Source of the DNA: Synechococcales cyanobacterium VAR_4_metabat_354
GTDB taxonomy: Bacteria; Cyanobacteriota; Cyanobacteriia; Cyanobacteriales; Chamaesiphonaceae
NCBI GenBank assembly: GCA_031414775.1
Contig: JANOQI010000036.1
Span: 32,001 to 96,000 of the forward strand
Length of the DNA: 64,000 nt
Reading direction: 5' to 3'
Shown here: positions 1 to 9,863 of the stretch, piece by piece
Position numbering within the stretch: position 1 is the stretch's first letter
Layout of the letters: every line of letters starts with the position of its first letter
Notes under the pieces: model-generated
What the model was told of the DNA's origin: nothing
Seen by the model: only the letters and a program-made list of their open reading frames with translations
The model's database searches: none
Position numbers and translations under genes: made by a program

Positions 1-660
1 GGAATTGACTGCCAGATTAAACAGGGTGAATTTGTGGCCATTCTGGGTTTGAATGGTGCGGGTAAATCTAGTTTGTTACGGGCGATCGCCGGATTGTTGC
101 CACTACAATCGGGGAATATTTTGATTAACGGTATTTCTTTGACACCACGTACTCTGACTCAAGCCCGTCAACACTTGGCGATGCTGTTTCAGGGTGGTGG
201 CTTAATACCTCAGCTTTGCGCTCTCGATAACGTCTTGTGTGGAAAACTGGGAGCGTTTTCGGGATGGCAAACCCTGACTGGATTTCCGCCGAGTGAGCGG
301 CGCACGGCCTTAGAATTACTCGATCGATTAGGGTTGGGAGAGTTTGCGAGTCAACCAACTCGTCAACTGAGTGGTGGCCAACAACAACGAGTGGCAATTG
401 CCAGAGCCTTAATCCGATCGCCGCAAATTTTATTAGCTGACGAGCCAGTGACTGGTCTGGATATTGTGGCCATTCAACAGGTAATGAAAACTTTAGCTCA
501 TCTGCATCAAGAGGGGATGACCATTGTTACTGTTTTGCACGATTTAGCTTTGGCTAGTACTTACGCCCAGACCGCCATTGTTGTCGATCGGGGTCGGGTA
601 GTTTATCATGGTGGCACTCAGAATCTGAGTGCAGAATTTGAGCAATTAATTAAAAATTAA
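1..660 (+). CDS. phnC: Phosphonate/phosphate ABC transporter ATP-binding protein, 5'-truncated by the window edge
   Basis: Frame is open from base 1 (GIDCQIKQGEFVAILG); Walker A GLNGAGKS, signature LSGGQQQRVAIARAL, Walker B ILLADEP; phnE-like permease follows. Confidence 0.9.
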   Translation, partial: GIDCQIKQGEFVAILGLNGAGKSSLLRAIAGLLPLQSGNILINGISLTPRTLTQARQHLAMLFQGGGLIPQLCALDNVLCGKLGAFSGWQTLTGFPPSERRTALELLDRLGLGEFASQPTRQLSGGQQQRVAIARALIRSPQILLADEPVTGLDIVAIQQVMKTLAHLHQEGMTIVTVLHDLALASTYAQTAIVVDRGRVVYHGGTQNLSAEFEQLIKN

Positions 661-691
661 GTACTGAGGCAAATTAGATATCAAACGTAAT

Positions 692-1444
692 TTGACTGTC
701 AGAATACTTATTTTCCTCGCGGTGATCGGTATTTATAGTTGGGCATGGAATGGCCTGAAGATTGACTTTCAATCTCTAAAAGATAGCGGTGGGTATATTA
801 CCGACTTCATTTCTCGATTGTTTCCGCCAGATCTGTCGATTCTGGATGTTGCTGGGGAAAGACTACTCGAAACTATTCAAATGTCTCTGTGGGGAACGAC
901 GATCGGGGCGATTATTTCACTGCCAATTGCTATATTGTCGGCGAGCAATTTAGCCCCTTGGTGGGTGAGGTGGCTGGCTAATTTTGTCCAGAATGCGGTG
1001 CGATCGATCCCCTCAATTATTTTGGGATTAATTTTTGTGGCTGCTACCGGTTTGGGCGCACCAGCTGGAACACTGGCGCTGGGAATTTATACGGTAGGCT
1101 ATTTAGGGAAGTTTTACCAAACTGCAATCGAGTCGGTCGATCGTTATTCGTTAGAAGCTTTGCAAGTTAGTGGCGCTTCCTGGTTGCAAATTGCCCAATA
1201 CGGAGTGATGCCTCAAGTATTGCCACTGTTCTTGGGTTACACCTTGTATATGTTTGAATATAATATTCGCGCTGCCTCGGTGCTGGGCGTCGTTGGTGCT
1301 GGCGGCATTGGCTTTGAATTGGTAAATTATATTCGGGGTTTTGAATATAATAAAGCAACGACTATGATGCTGGTGCTACTAGTAGTGGTGACGGTGATCG
1401 ATATATTGAGCAGTCAATTGCGCCGCCGCCTAGAACATCAATAA
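692..1444 (+). CDS. phnE: Phosphonate ABC transporter permease
   Basis: FPPD motif, ETIQMSLWGT, FEYNIRAASVLGVVGAGGIG typical of PhnE. Confidence 0.92.
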   Translation: MTVRILIFLAVIGIYSWAWNGLKIDFQSLKDSGGYITDFISRLFPPDLSILDVAGERLLETIQMSLWGTTIGAIISLPIAILSASNLAPWWVRWLANFVQNAVRSIPSIILGLIFVAATGLGAPAGTLALGIYTVGYLGKFYQTAIESVDRYSLEALQVSGASWLQIAQYGVMPQVLPLFLGYTLYMFEYNIRAASVLGVVGAGGIGFELVNYIRGFEYNKATTMMLVLLVVVTVIDILSSQLRRRLEHQ

Positions 1445-1502
1445 GTCATAGGATACAATGAATAATACATTACAACTACATGTGTTCTAAGGACTCAATG
1501 AT

Positions 1503-2159
1503 ATGTTGACGACCTCTACCCAATATGATCGATCACTATCAACATTAGAATCAAACGAACAACGCACTGTCTTGCATCATATTAGCTGGCAATTGTTTGA
1601 GCAGCTTCTGACCGAAATTGGCGATGATCGTGCCATCCGATTGGCTTATTACCAAGGAATTCTCGAATTTACGACCCCGCTTTTTGCCCACGAACAGAGT
1701 AATCGTCTGATTGAGCGGGTAGTGAATACCTTAGTAGAAGAGCAAGGGATCGAGTGTACTCCGGCTGGTTCGATGACCATCAAACGTCCCGATCTAGTTG
1801 CCGGAAAAGAGCCTGATTCTTGCTTCTACATTCAAAATGAGCATCTGGTTCGGGATAAGGTGCGTTTGGATTTCAGTCAAGATCCCCCGCCAGACTTGGC
1901 GATCGAAGTAGATATTACACATAGTGCGATCGATCAATTACTGCTGTATGCCGCTTTGGGTGTCCCCGAACTTTGGTGCTACGATGGCCAGATTTTGACT
2001 TTTTATCAGCTAGTCGATGGTGCGTATATGGCAGTAGATCTATCGCCTACTTTTCCTGAGCTAGCCCCAGCCAGGGTTTTAGATTTTTTGGCAGAATGTC
2101 GATCGATTGGGGTGAGTAGTGCTGTTCGATCGTTGCGTCAGTGGATTCAAACGATGTAA
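1503..2159 (+). CDS. Uma2 (DUF820) family putative endonuclease
   Basis: ISWQ...EPDSCFYIQN...PPDLAIEVD...YAALGVPELW motifs. Confidence 0.9.
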   Translation: MLTTSTQYDRSLSTLESNEQRTVLHHISWQLFEQLLTEIGDDRAIRLAYYQGILEFTTPLFAHEQSNRLIERVVNTLVEEQGIECTPAGSMTIKRPDLVAGKEPDSCFYIQNEHLVRDKVRLDFSQDPPPDLAIEVDITHSAIDQLLLYAALGVPELWCYDGQILTFYQLVDGAYMAVDLSPTFPELAPARVLDFLAECRSIGVSSAVRSLRQWIQTM

Positions 2160-2250
2160 ATTATATTGCAGCAGGGTCTGAGAAACAAATGGTGATCACT
2201 AAAGCAAGCCTATTTTGAAGTGTAAAGTCATTCTCTGCCAAAAACGAAGA

Positions 2251-2871
2251 CTAACGATTTTGGCCGCGAGGAACAAACCGAATTTCAATTCGCCGCCTTG
2301 CATCGTCAGCAATAACATTCTGTGATGCTAGTTTTCCGGAGGGTAGGTATAGTTGAGCCGCAGAATATGCCCGAAATTTAACCTCGTCCAATTTTTTTGT
2401 TTGCTGCAAAAATTGGACAACTGCTATAGCCCTCATGAGTCCTAGATCAGCATTAGAACCAGCTTTTAAATCAGTGATTTTGCCTTTCCCTGTAGCTGCT
2501 GAGGTGAGTTTCCCATCGAGATTACTGGCATTGCTAATTCCCTGACTATCGGTGTGACCGATTACTTGGATAAAGTCGATATTATCTTTCTTTGTTGCGT
2601 TCTCAATTTCGGGTGCAATGTTAGTCTCTATATACTTTTTCAGATCTGGTGTTAAAGCAGCACTTCCTGATGGGAATTTGAAGTTTCCAGATTTTTCGTC
2701 AATGATGATTGGAGAAGCAGATTTTAGTTTTTGGCTTATGGATAGTGCTTGTACAATATTGACAAGTAGTAGGAAACTAACAATCATAAAAGCATTTGAC
2801 ATTAAATCAGTAAATGCCTGGAATACATTTAAGTCTTCTTCATGGTTATATCGATCAATTTGCCTGGACAT
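2251..2871 (-). CDS. MotB/ZorB-like membrane protein with OmpA-like peptidoglycan-binding domain
   Basis: Likely start MSRQ at 2871 (ORF track start 2952 overlaps the upstream gene); FTDLMS plus TM helix carrying the conserved Asp; IQVIGHTDSQG...RAIAVVQFL...RRIEIRF OmpA_C motifs. Confidence 0.85.
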   Translation of the reverse strand: MSRQIDRYNHEEDLNVFQAFTDLMSNAFMIVSFLLLVNIVQALSISQKLKSASPIIIDEKSGNFKFPSGSAALTPDLKKYIETNIAPEIENATKKDNIDFIQVIGHTDSQGISNASNLDGKLTSAATGKGKITDLKAGSNADLGLMRAIAVVQFLQQTKKLDEVKFRAYSAAQLYLPSGKLASQNVIADDARRRIEIRFVPRGQNR

Positions 2872-2893
2872 ATTAGTATTTATTTGAATTTCT

Positions 2894-5074
2894 TTAGTTT
2901 GAGGAGATGTTGAACATACTATTTTTATTTGATCCCAGCTCTGATTTGTCAAGTACTGTTATTAATTTTGTGAAATGCTCTCGATCTCTCAAGCTCATCT
3001 GTGCGAGATGTTCCTTCATTGCAGCGAGTAGCTGCTCGTGAAAAGATCGATCGGCTGTGATTTGCTGATTCAAGATTTTTTGTAACTCCTGCCAACTCGA
3101 TCGATTGACTTCTTTTAGATTTTGTACTAGAGATTGAGTGGTATTTAGTGCTGTTTGGTGCTGTCGATCAAAATTAGCTATAGTAGTCTTGGAAGATTCT
3201 GAAACTTGCAGAGTGTTTTTGCTCAGGTTAGCTACTTCGCCCCCAAACTGTTGAAGAGTGATGGCTGATCTATTAATAGCCGTGATTGCTGGTTCTAAGT
3301 TGGCTACCACTGGTTGGATCTGTTGAGCCGATCGGCTGAAAACATCTGTTGATTTGGCAAAATCAGTTTGAGCTGCTCTCCATATATTTAACCCAGCCTG
3401 AATCTGTTGAGATGATTGACTAAAAGCATCTGTTGATTTAGCAAATTCAGCTTGAGATGTTTGCCATGTATTCACTCCGGCCTGTACATGCGGTAATAAT
3501 TCCACTAAAGTTTGTGTTTGTCCTTCTAAAGATGTAGCTACTTTTTGAAAGAGAGTTGCCCCATTACTAATTGTTTCAGATGCTTTGTCAATCTTACTTG
3601 TAGAAGATTGCCATGTTTTGTATACAGATTGGGCTAACTCTGCTGCTGTTTTGTTACTGCTGGTAATACCTTCAAGTGATATTTCTAAAGTTTTAGTAGA
3701 ATTAGTAAAAGCCTGTTGACTGGTATTCAGCTCTGTTAAAACTCGATCAATATTATGAACGATGTTGTTATTCTCTACCTTGCTTGCACCAGAGACAAAA
3801 CTAGCTACTCCAGTCTGGAGATGGGGTACCAAGCCTGCCATGATCTGGGTTTGAGATTCCAGCAAATTAGCTGCTTGAGAAAAGGTCTTTGCCCCATTTT
3901 CTATAGTTCCAGATGCAGTACCAATTTGTATGATGGATGCATCCCAACTCTGATAAACTTTTTCTGCGAGTTGGGCAGCGTTCTGGTTACTACTAGTGAT
4001 TCCCTCAAGTGAGGTTTCTAAAGTTTTAGTAGAATTAGTAAAAGCCTGTTGGCTTGTGTTCAACTCGGCTAAAGTTCGATCGATATTTTGAACAATATTA
4101 TTTTGTTCAAGTCCATGAGCTGCTGCCTGAAAAGTATGTACACCCGTTTTAAATTCTTGGAGTGAATTGGTAAAAATTTGATTTTGAGCTTGAAGGGAGT
4201 TTGCTGCCAGCTCAAAGGTGGTTGCCCCGGTCGCTATAGTACCAGCTGCATTGGAAAAATTTGTGTACACATTTTCTGCAATCCGATTTATTTTGCTGCA
4301 TTCCGTAGCAATTTGATTTGCCGCCTTGCCGAAAGATGTCTCTAAAGCTCTACCTACGTTCTCATGGAATCTGAGCAAAAATTCTTCTTGTTGTTTAACC
4401 ATGCGATCGATCGCTGTGTCTAGTCGGGTATTTCCTTCAAAAGTTGGTTTGTAAATGTTGTCTAGATAGTCTTCCAAGCCAGCAACTAATTGATGCTTGG
4501 CGACACTTGTATTCCAGATGGTATTAAATATAGTTAGAAGCGAGCCAAATGATAGCCCAAATAGACTGGCTGAAAAGGCAACTCCCATATCCCGTAAAGC
4601 TGGCTGTAGTCCTTGAACTAGTTTTCCGATGTCAGGATTGCTGGTATCCAGGCTAGTTATGACGCTGGAGATATTAGTTAAGTTACTGGTGATCCCTAGG
4701 AAAGTACCAATTAGGCCAAAAGCAATTAGTAAATTCGGTAAAACCCTAGTGATGCTATCTGCCCGATCATATTGGACTTTAATCCCCAAATAAGATAGTT
4801 TTTCATCTTTGTATACACTATCGATGAGAGCGATCGTATTAACATGTTCTAATTTTTGACTGGCTTTTTGGTAACGACTTCTAAGCCGTTCGACAATTGG
4901 TGGTTGAATTCCGTCAGCATGATCACCTGATAATAATCGGGAGATGCGATCGTTCATTATCTGAAGCTTTCGGTGCAGTCTAAACCGCAAGAATCCTACT
5001 ATGATAGCTGGCATAATGACCAAAAATAAGATCGAAAGCTTAGTTTCGGAGGGTATTAATGTAAAAATTTGCAT
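2894..5074 (-). CDS. MotA/ZorA-like ion-channel subunit with long C-terminal coiled-coil tail
   Basis: N-terminal TM, PNLLIAFGLIGTFLGI and MGVAFSASLFGL (MotA/TolQ/ExbB-type helices), then ~530 aa heptad-like tail; directly upstream of the MotB-like gene. Confidence 0.82.
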   Translation of the reverse strand: MQIFTLIPSETKLSILFLVIMPAIIVGFLRFRLHRKLQIMNDRISRLLSGDHADGIQPPIVERLRSRYQKASQKLEHVNTIALIDSVYKDEKLSYLGIKVQYDRADSITRVLPNLLIAFGLIGTFLGITSNLTNISSVITSLDTSNPDIGKLVQGLQPALRDMGVAFSASLFGLSFGSLLTIFNTIWNTSVAKHQLVAGLEDYLDNIYKPTFEGNTRLDTAIDRMVKQQEEFLLRFHENVGRALETSFGKAANQIATECSKINRIAENVYTNFSNAAGTIATGATTFELAANSLQAQNQIFTNSLQEFKTGVHTFQAAAHGLEQNNIVQNIDRTLAELNTSQQAFTNSTKTLETSLEGITSSNQNAAQLAEKVYQSWDASIIQIGTASGTIENGAKTFSQAANLLESQTQIMAGLVPHLQTGVASFVSGASKVENNNIVHNIDRVLTELNTSQQAFTNSTKTLEISLEGITSSNKTAAELAQSVYKTWQSSTSKIDKASETISNGATLFQKVATSLEGQTQTLVELLPHVQAGVNTWQTSQAEFAKSTDAFSQSSQQIQAGLNIWRAAQTDFAKSTDVFSRSAQQIQPVVANLEPAITAINRSAITLQQFGGEVANLSKNTLQVSESSKTTIANFDRQHQTALNTTQSLVQNLKEVNRSSWQELQKILNQQITADRSFHEQLLAAMKEHLAQMSLRDREHFTKLITVLDKSELGSNKNSMFNISSN

Positions 5075-5130
5075 TTGTTAACTATCAGGTTGTGTTAATG
5101 ACTAGGCTGCTATTTATGGAAATCTAGAGA

Positions 5131-8100
5131 TTATGAAGAACGAGCATCTACTACCTCTGCATCGATCGAATCTCCATCGTTAGTTAATTCACTAACTGGG
5201 CGTTGAGATTGTAAGGTTCTATTGTGGTTAATTGGATTGGCTTGAGCATCTTGTGCTAACTTATCTAAGTAGCTCCATAGCCGCTTCAAAACTCCATTTG
5301 TGGCTGGTCGATCGAGTGTCGCTTCTTCACCCAATACAATATTAATTTCAGGGTAGTTGGGGCTATTTTTAGAGAGCTTATCTACCTGTTGAATGAACGA
5401 TCGAAGTTGACTCAAATAGACTTCTGTCCATTTACTGGGATCGTTTTGAATCTCAGTGATGATACTATTGCGTCGATCTCTCAGGCTCTCAGCAACGCCA
5501 CTAGCTTTAGATATTTGCTCTAGGGCTTCACTCCAAATTAGACTGAGTTGAATCGAGCTACTTCGATCGCGGAAGTCATCATATACTTCGTACAAATAAC
5601 AATTATCCTGTTGCGTTAATATTCCGAAAGCCAAGCAAGCATAGAAAGCGTCTTGCATCTCTTCCATCCGTCGCGCATCAGGTGGAATAATTTCCGAGAA
5701 TATTTGTTGATAGTCATTATGAATTCGCGCTCTATTTTGGGAGCATTCGCGATCGTAATGTTCACGCATTCGATCGATCCCTTGGATTAACCGCAAGGGG
5801 AAAGCGGCATACTCATTGACGATTGTTATTTCACTATCATTTTGACTTGATTTAAGTACTGATTCGGCAATTCCAACATTTCTAGTTAGCAACTCTTGTA
5901 ATTGTTGACTGGCGCGATCATCGGTTTGTTTGAAGGCAATAATTTCAGATTTATTGCCACCATCATCAGAAAAATATCCATCTCTGGTTAATAATGGTAG
6001 TAGTGGCTGGGCTTCACTAATGATTTGTCGCATTCTTCGCTCGGCATTACCAGAAGCCAGTGGATATTTCTGAAGAAATCTTGCCATGACTGGTTGTAAT
6101 GAGCTAATCGCTTGAGTACCAAATAGTTTATCGATCGTGGCAGTAATATTAGTGCCTACCAATCTTTCATCGACATCGCGGGAGCCGACAAGGTAGTGAA
6201 TTGTCGATCCAGTTGATGTCTTTTCCTCATCAGTAACTCGAACTAAGAAGTACATTAATGACTGTTCGACGAATGTGAACTTCTCGGCGAGAATTTGTCC
6301 ACTGATATCAATGAGAATAGATTTCTCATTCTGTTCTGGTAGAAATTCCTGGTAGCAAATATTTGCATCTTCAGGGGAGAATAACGCTTCACCAGTAATT
6401 CCATCCGGATTCAGTCGTTCTAAGTCTTCACACCGCTTCTTGTAATTTAGCTCGACTGCGACTAATAATTGGTCGATCCAGCCAGCTTCTAGGATGAGCG
6501 ATCGAATAAAGCTCGATACTTCACTGGCAATGACTAACGCCGTTTTATAAAGCTGATAATCAAAGTTCTCCTGGATTAACTTTTTAGTGGTGGTGACAAT
6601 CTGTGTAGCTTCAATCTGAAAGTCTTTGTTTTTTTGCTTGTTATTATCTAATACGCCCAGAAAACCCTTTTTCTCCTCAATATCTTGCAATCGACGCTCG
6701 GCATTACGCCATTGAGTATCGAGATCTTCTTGACTAGATAAACCACCTTTGTTTTGGATATAATCTTCCAGCCCACGCTGATATTCATTAATATGTGTCA
6801 AGATCGCTTCGAGCCAACCACGGGCACTATTGAGTGAAAATTCGGGATGAGATGGTGTAAGTAGTTCACCAAAAAAGTGACCGATATCATTTCTAAGCAG
6901 ATTGCTAAGTTGTGGTTGAGTTTTTTGAATCCTGGTTAACCAAGCACCGCGAATATCATCAGTTTCTCCAGGCTGGACTTTCCGAAATTGGGCGCGGGTA
7001 TCGCTGCGGAGTCGTTGGAGTAATTGCGATCGATCATCCGATTTCTGCACCATTCCAATTTCTTGATCGATTTTGGTACCCCAAGCTTTCAGAGCTTGAG
7101 CGAATGTTTTCCCATTATCCTGAACCATTCCTTGTAGACGATGAGGGAATTCTCGATCGATGCTAGAGTCACCCCACTTCGACAAAAAGCGATTGAGTAA
7201 TAGCCCTGGGTCTGGACTTTGCCCAATTCCTCGGAGCCAAAAATTTACTAGTCGCCGACTAACATTAGTCAATGACATTTGCACAATTCGTTCTTGAGGC
7301 GAATAGATCTTGGCTAATCCAAACGTCAGATATCGTTGGACATTGCGGCGAGGATGGCTGTCTAAACGGGTGAGTTTATCGCGGAAATTATCCTTCTGGC
7401 TTTTAATTACCGAAGTCAATTCATCGCCAAAGTCGAGGAAAATTTTGTGAGCGACGACATTGCAGAGCTTGTTTTTATCCAGAATCCGATAATCTGTCGC
7501 CGTGCGATTAGACAACACATAAGTGAAATCAAACGGCGGACGATCTTCATCCACCGAAATTAACTGCTGAGGATCGTAACAGACTTTAAACCGCGTATTA
7601 CTAGCCGCATAATGGTTTAACTCCTTCAATGCTGCATAGACATTGGCATTCATGCTGGGAGTATCGCCATAAAGTTCTGGACTAATTACCCAGTAGCCGA
7701 CTAATTTATTCTCAATATCTCCATAAGCCTTTCGCAGTGCATACGCCACATCCAAAAACATCCCGCTGCCAGTACCACCACAGAGTGAGCCGGCGACAAA
7801 AATGTTTAAACCAGACTCCACACCAAATCCTTGACCCAGCATGGCTTGTTCGTGCCCTCTGGTGCGATTTTCAGCAGTCTCAAATGCAGCTTTAATTTTG
7901 CGATAATTATGGAAGAAAGATAGTCTCCCCACGGGGCGAATCCCCCCAGCACCATCTTCGATCGCTTTCACATTCCGAACCAATTGTGGTGGCAACCAGC
8001 TTCTAATATGATCGTAGGGACTTTGACGCTCGAATTCACCCTGCGACTCCAATCCACCGATCAATTGGTCGATTTCTTGACTGCTCATGGTAGCAATTAC

Positions 8101-8343
8101 CCGTTCAGCAGGTGTGAACAAAATATTCTCACCCCGATAGGTATTCCCCGTACTCAAACCGGAAATGTCACTCGCACCTTTATCGGCATCAATATGGACA
8201 AAACTCACGACTGGCAAGGCATCGAGTTTGCCATAGCGATCAATAATCAACCGCCGAATCTGCATCAAAATATCTCGACCGGTGCCGCCCAAGCCGATGC
8301 AAAGAGTTCTCTGAATAGTTCGTGATTCTGTGGTTGGAGACAT
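5131..8343 (-). CDS. Large tubulin/FtsZ-like GTPase domain protein (Tubulin_2/FtsZl1 type)
   Basis: IGLGGTG N-terminal loop, GAGGIRPVGRL, tubulin signature GSLCGGTGSG, NVYAALKEL; long helical C-terminal region. Confidence 0.88.
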   Translation of the reverse strand: MSPTTESRTIQRTLCIGLGGTGRDILMQIRRLIIDRYGKLDALPVVSFVHIDADKGASDISGLSTGNTYRGENILFTPAERVIATMSSQEIDQLIGGLESQGEFERQSPYDHIRSWLPPQLVRNVKAIEDGAGGIRPVGRLSFFHNYRKIKAAFETAENRTRGHEQAMLGQGFGVESGLNIFVAGSLCGGTGSGMFLDVAYALRKAYGDIENKLVGYWVISPELYGDTPSMNANVYAALKELNHYAASNTRFKVCYDPQQLISVDEDRPPFDFTYVLSNRTATDYRILDKNKLCNVVAHKIFLDFGDELTSVIKSQKDNFRDKLTRLDSHPRRNVQRYLTFGLAKIYSPQERIVQMSLTNVSRRLVNFWLRGIGQSPDPGLLLNRFLSKWGDSSIDREFPHRLQGMVQDNGKTFAQALKAWGTKIDQEIGMVQKSDDRSQLLQRLRSDTRAQFRKVQPGETDDIRGAWLTRIQKTQPQLSNLLRNDIGHFFGELLTPSHPEFSLNSARGWLEAILTHINEYQRGLEDYIQNKGGLSSQEDLDTQWRNAERRLQDIEEKKGFLGVLDNNKQKNKDFQIEATQIVTTTKKLIQENFDYQLYKTALVIASEVSSFIRSLILEAGWIDQLLVAVELNYKKRCEDLERLNPDGITGEALFSPEDANICYQEFLPEQNEKSILIDISGQILAEKFTFVEQSLMYFLVRVTDEEKTSTGSTIHYLVGSRDVDERLVGTNITATIDKLFGTQAISSLQPVMARFLQKYPLASGNAERRMRQIISEAQPLLPLLTRDGYFSDDGGNKSEIIAFKQTDDRASQQLQELLTRNVGIAESVLKSSQNDSEITIVNEYAAFPLRLIQGIDRMREHYDRECSQNRARIHNDYQQIFSEIIPPDARRMEEMQDAFYACLAFGILTQQDNCYLYEVYDDFRDRSSSIQLSLIWSEALEQISKASGVAESLRDRRNSIITEIQNDPSKWTEVYLSQLRSFIQQVDKLSKNSPNYPEINIVLGEEATLDRPATNGVLKRLWSYLDKLAQDAQANPINHNRTLQSQRPVSELTNDGDSIDAEVVDARSS

Positions 8344-8357
8344 GATAAATGGCCTGA

Positions 8358-9479
8358 TTAGTTAATATTGATAGTTAGTTCCAAGTCGCAAGACTGATGG
8401 GGATAATTTAAACGAATACGTTTGCCTGTCAAGATTTGACGTTGAGTGACTTCGCTATTTCGGTAATGAATTGGTAGCTCACCACTTGGCTCTAAGAACA
8501 ACTTATTGCCCTCTCGCCGCAGATAGCCTCGAACATCTTGCCCCCGACATTCGATATCGCTGCCAATGCCCAGCCTTTGCTTATGGCGGAGATAACAAAT
8601 CTGTGGCTCAGAATCATCACCACCCGCAATTGTTAGCTTCCAGGCTTGCTGGAGACTGCGCCAATGTCTAAACGACAAAATGCCAATAGCTAGTGTTGTT
8701 AATATTCCCAGCGAACTTAGTAAAATGGGCAGCCAAAGCTGTTGGAATAAATAACCATTCACTAAACAAGTTTCTTTCCCACCGGGAGCCGGAGTACAAA
8801 ACTCCTGCACTGTTGGCGGAATATCCACAATGCTCAAGTTGTAATTACTGATTTTTTGCGATCGTAATTTTAATGGCAGCGCATTGAGCCATTCTTGCCG
8901 CTCCTTACTAGCCACAGAGTTTTGCTGGCGAAACGGACTATTTGCTGGCGTTTCGACCCAAGTCTGTGACTTAATTCCTGGCTTGGTTAATAACGGCGCA
9001 TCCGTCAACCAAACGACCGATTGAGTTCTTATCCCTTGATTGGCCGTGAGCCGACACTGATTTAATTGAGCTAAATTCTTGTAGATGCTACTTTCAGCTT
9101 GCTGAATATCAGCATTTTGTTGGCCAGAGCGAGATGTCAGCGGCAGTGTTTGCAGAATTCGATCGACATCCTCCGGCTTTCCCTGAAAACGAATACCAGC
9201 AGTAAAAGGATCTACCTGTGGCTGAAGTGGATTCACCTGAGAAGCAAAAGGCACAACATAAACAGAGTCACCTTTCTGCAAACTGTCTTGGATGATTTGT
9301 TTCAGACGCAAACGCCCTTCATCATTCAAACCGACACTTTCAGTTAGATCGATCGCCAGCACCACATCACGACCTTGACCGACAGAAGCTAGCTGAAGAC
9401 CATTTTTTTGCAAGTCAGAGAGTTTTTGCTGGCTAGGGGCAACTTTTTGGCAACTTACTTGCACAAGAGAAATGCTCAT
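8358..9479 (-). CDS. vWA-domain membrane protein with C-terminal FHA-like beta domain
   Basis: VVLAIDLTESV (MIDAS-like DxTxS), VYVVPFA, VVWLTDAP; TM LWLPILLSSLGILTTLAIGILSF; beta-rich tail (FHA-like is inference). Confidence 0.75.
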   Translation of the reverse strand: MSISLVQVSCQKVAPSQQKLSDLQKNGLQLASVGQGRDVVLAIDLTESVGLNDEGRLRLKQIIQDSLQKGDSVYVVPFASQVNPLQPQVDPFTAGIRFQGKPEDVDRILQTLPLTSRSGQQNADIQQAESSIYKNLAQLNQCRLTANQGIRTQSVVWLTDAPLLTKPGIKSQTWVETPANSPFRQQNSVASKERQEWLNALPLKLRSQKISNYNLSIVDIPPTVQEFCTPAPGGKETCLVNGYLFQQLWLPILLSSLGILTTLAIGILSFRHWRSLQQAWKLTIAGGDDSEPQICYLRHKQRLGIGSDIECRGQDVRGYLRREGNKLFLEPSGELPIHYRNSEVTQRQILTGKRIRLNYPHQSCDLELTININ

Positions 9480-9510
9480 AAGGAGAGAACAATTCTAGAA
9501 TGCCCATAAT

Positions 9511-9861
9511 TTAGGTGATCGGTTTCACACCATCTTCAAATATTTTATCAGCTTCAGATAGAGTACTTTCTAGATTACGTGCACCATGGAGAACGCGAAT
9601 AATGTCGATCGTATCTTCAGTGAGTTCATAGAGAACCAGGTAGTTCGGGAATCCTTTGACGGTGTATTGACGAACTTGGACAACTTCTGGATTCGTAAAT
9701 CCGCTAAATCTGCCAATTCCAGGAGATTTGGCAATAAGTTGGAATGTGGCTTCGGCAGCATAGATAAAGCGATCTCCTACATCTAGGTTTTCATGGCTGA
9801 TGTAGGTGGAAATATCGATCAGGTCTTGAATGACGATCGGGCGCTTGACCAGTTGTGGCAT
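9511..9861 (-). CDS. parE: Type II TA toxin, RelE/ParE family
   Basis: DLIDISTYI...PGIGR...FPNYLVLY...IIRVLHGARNL. Confidence 0.9.
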   Translation of the reverse strand: MPQLVKRPIVIQDLIDISTYISHENLDVGDRFIYAAEATFQLIAKSPGIGRFSGFTNPEVVQVRQYTVKGFPNYLVLYELTEDTIDIIRVLHGARNLESTLSEADKIFEDGVKPIT

Positions 9862-9863
9862 GG

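Noticed and set aside
2251..5074. Flagellar stator motAB or exbBD/tolQR
   Set aside because: No flagellar, tonB or tolA genes nearby; the long tail on the A subunit and OmpA domain on the B subunit fit the ZorAB architecture better.
5131..8343. Cell-division ftsZ
   Set aside because: 1070 aa, divergent motifs and no dcw context.
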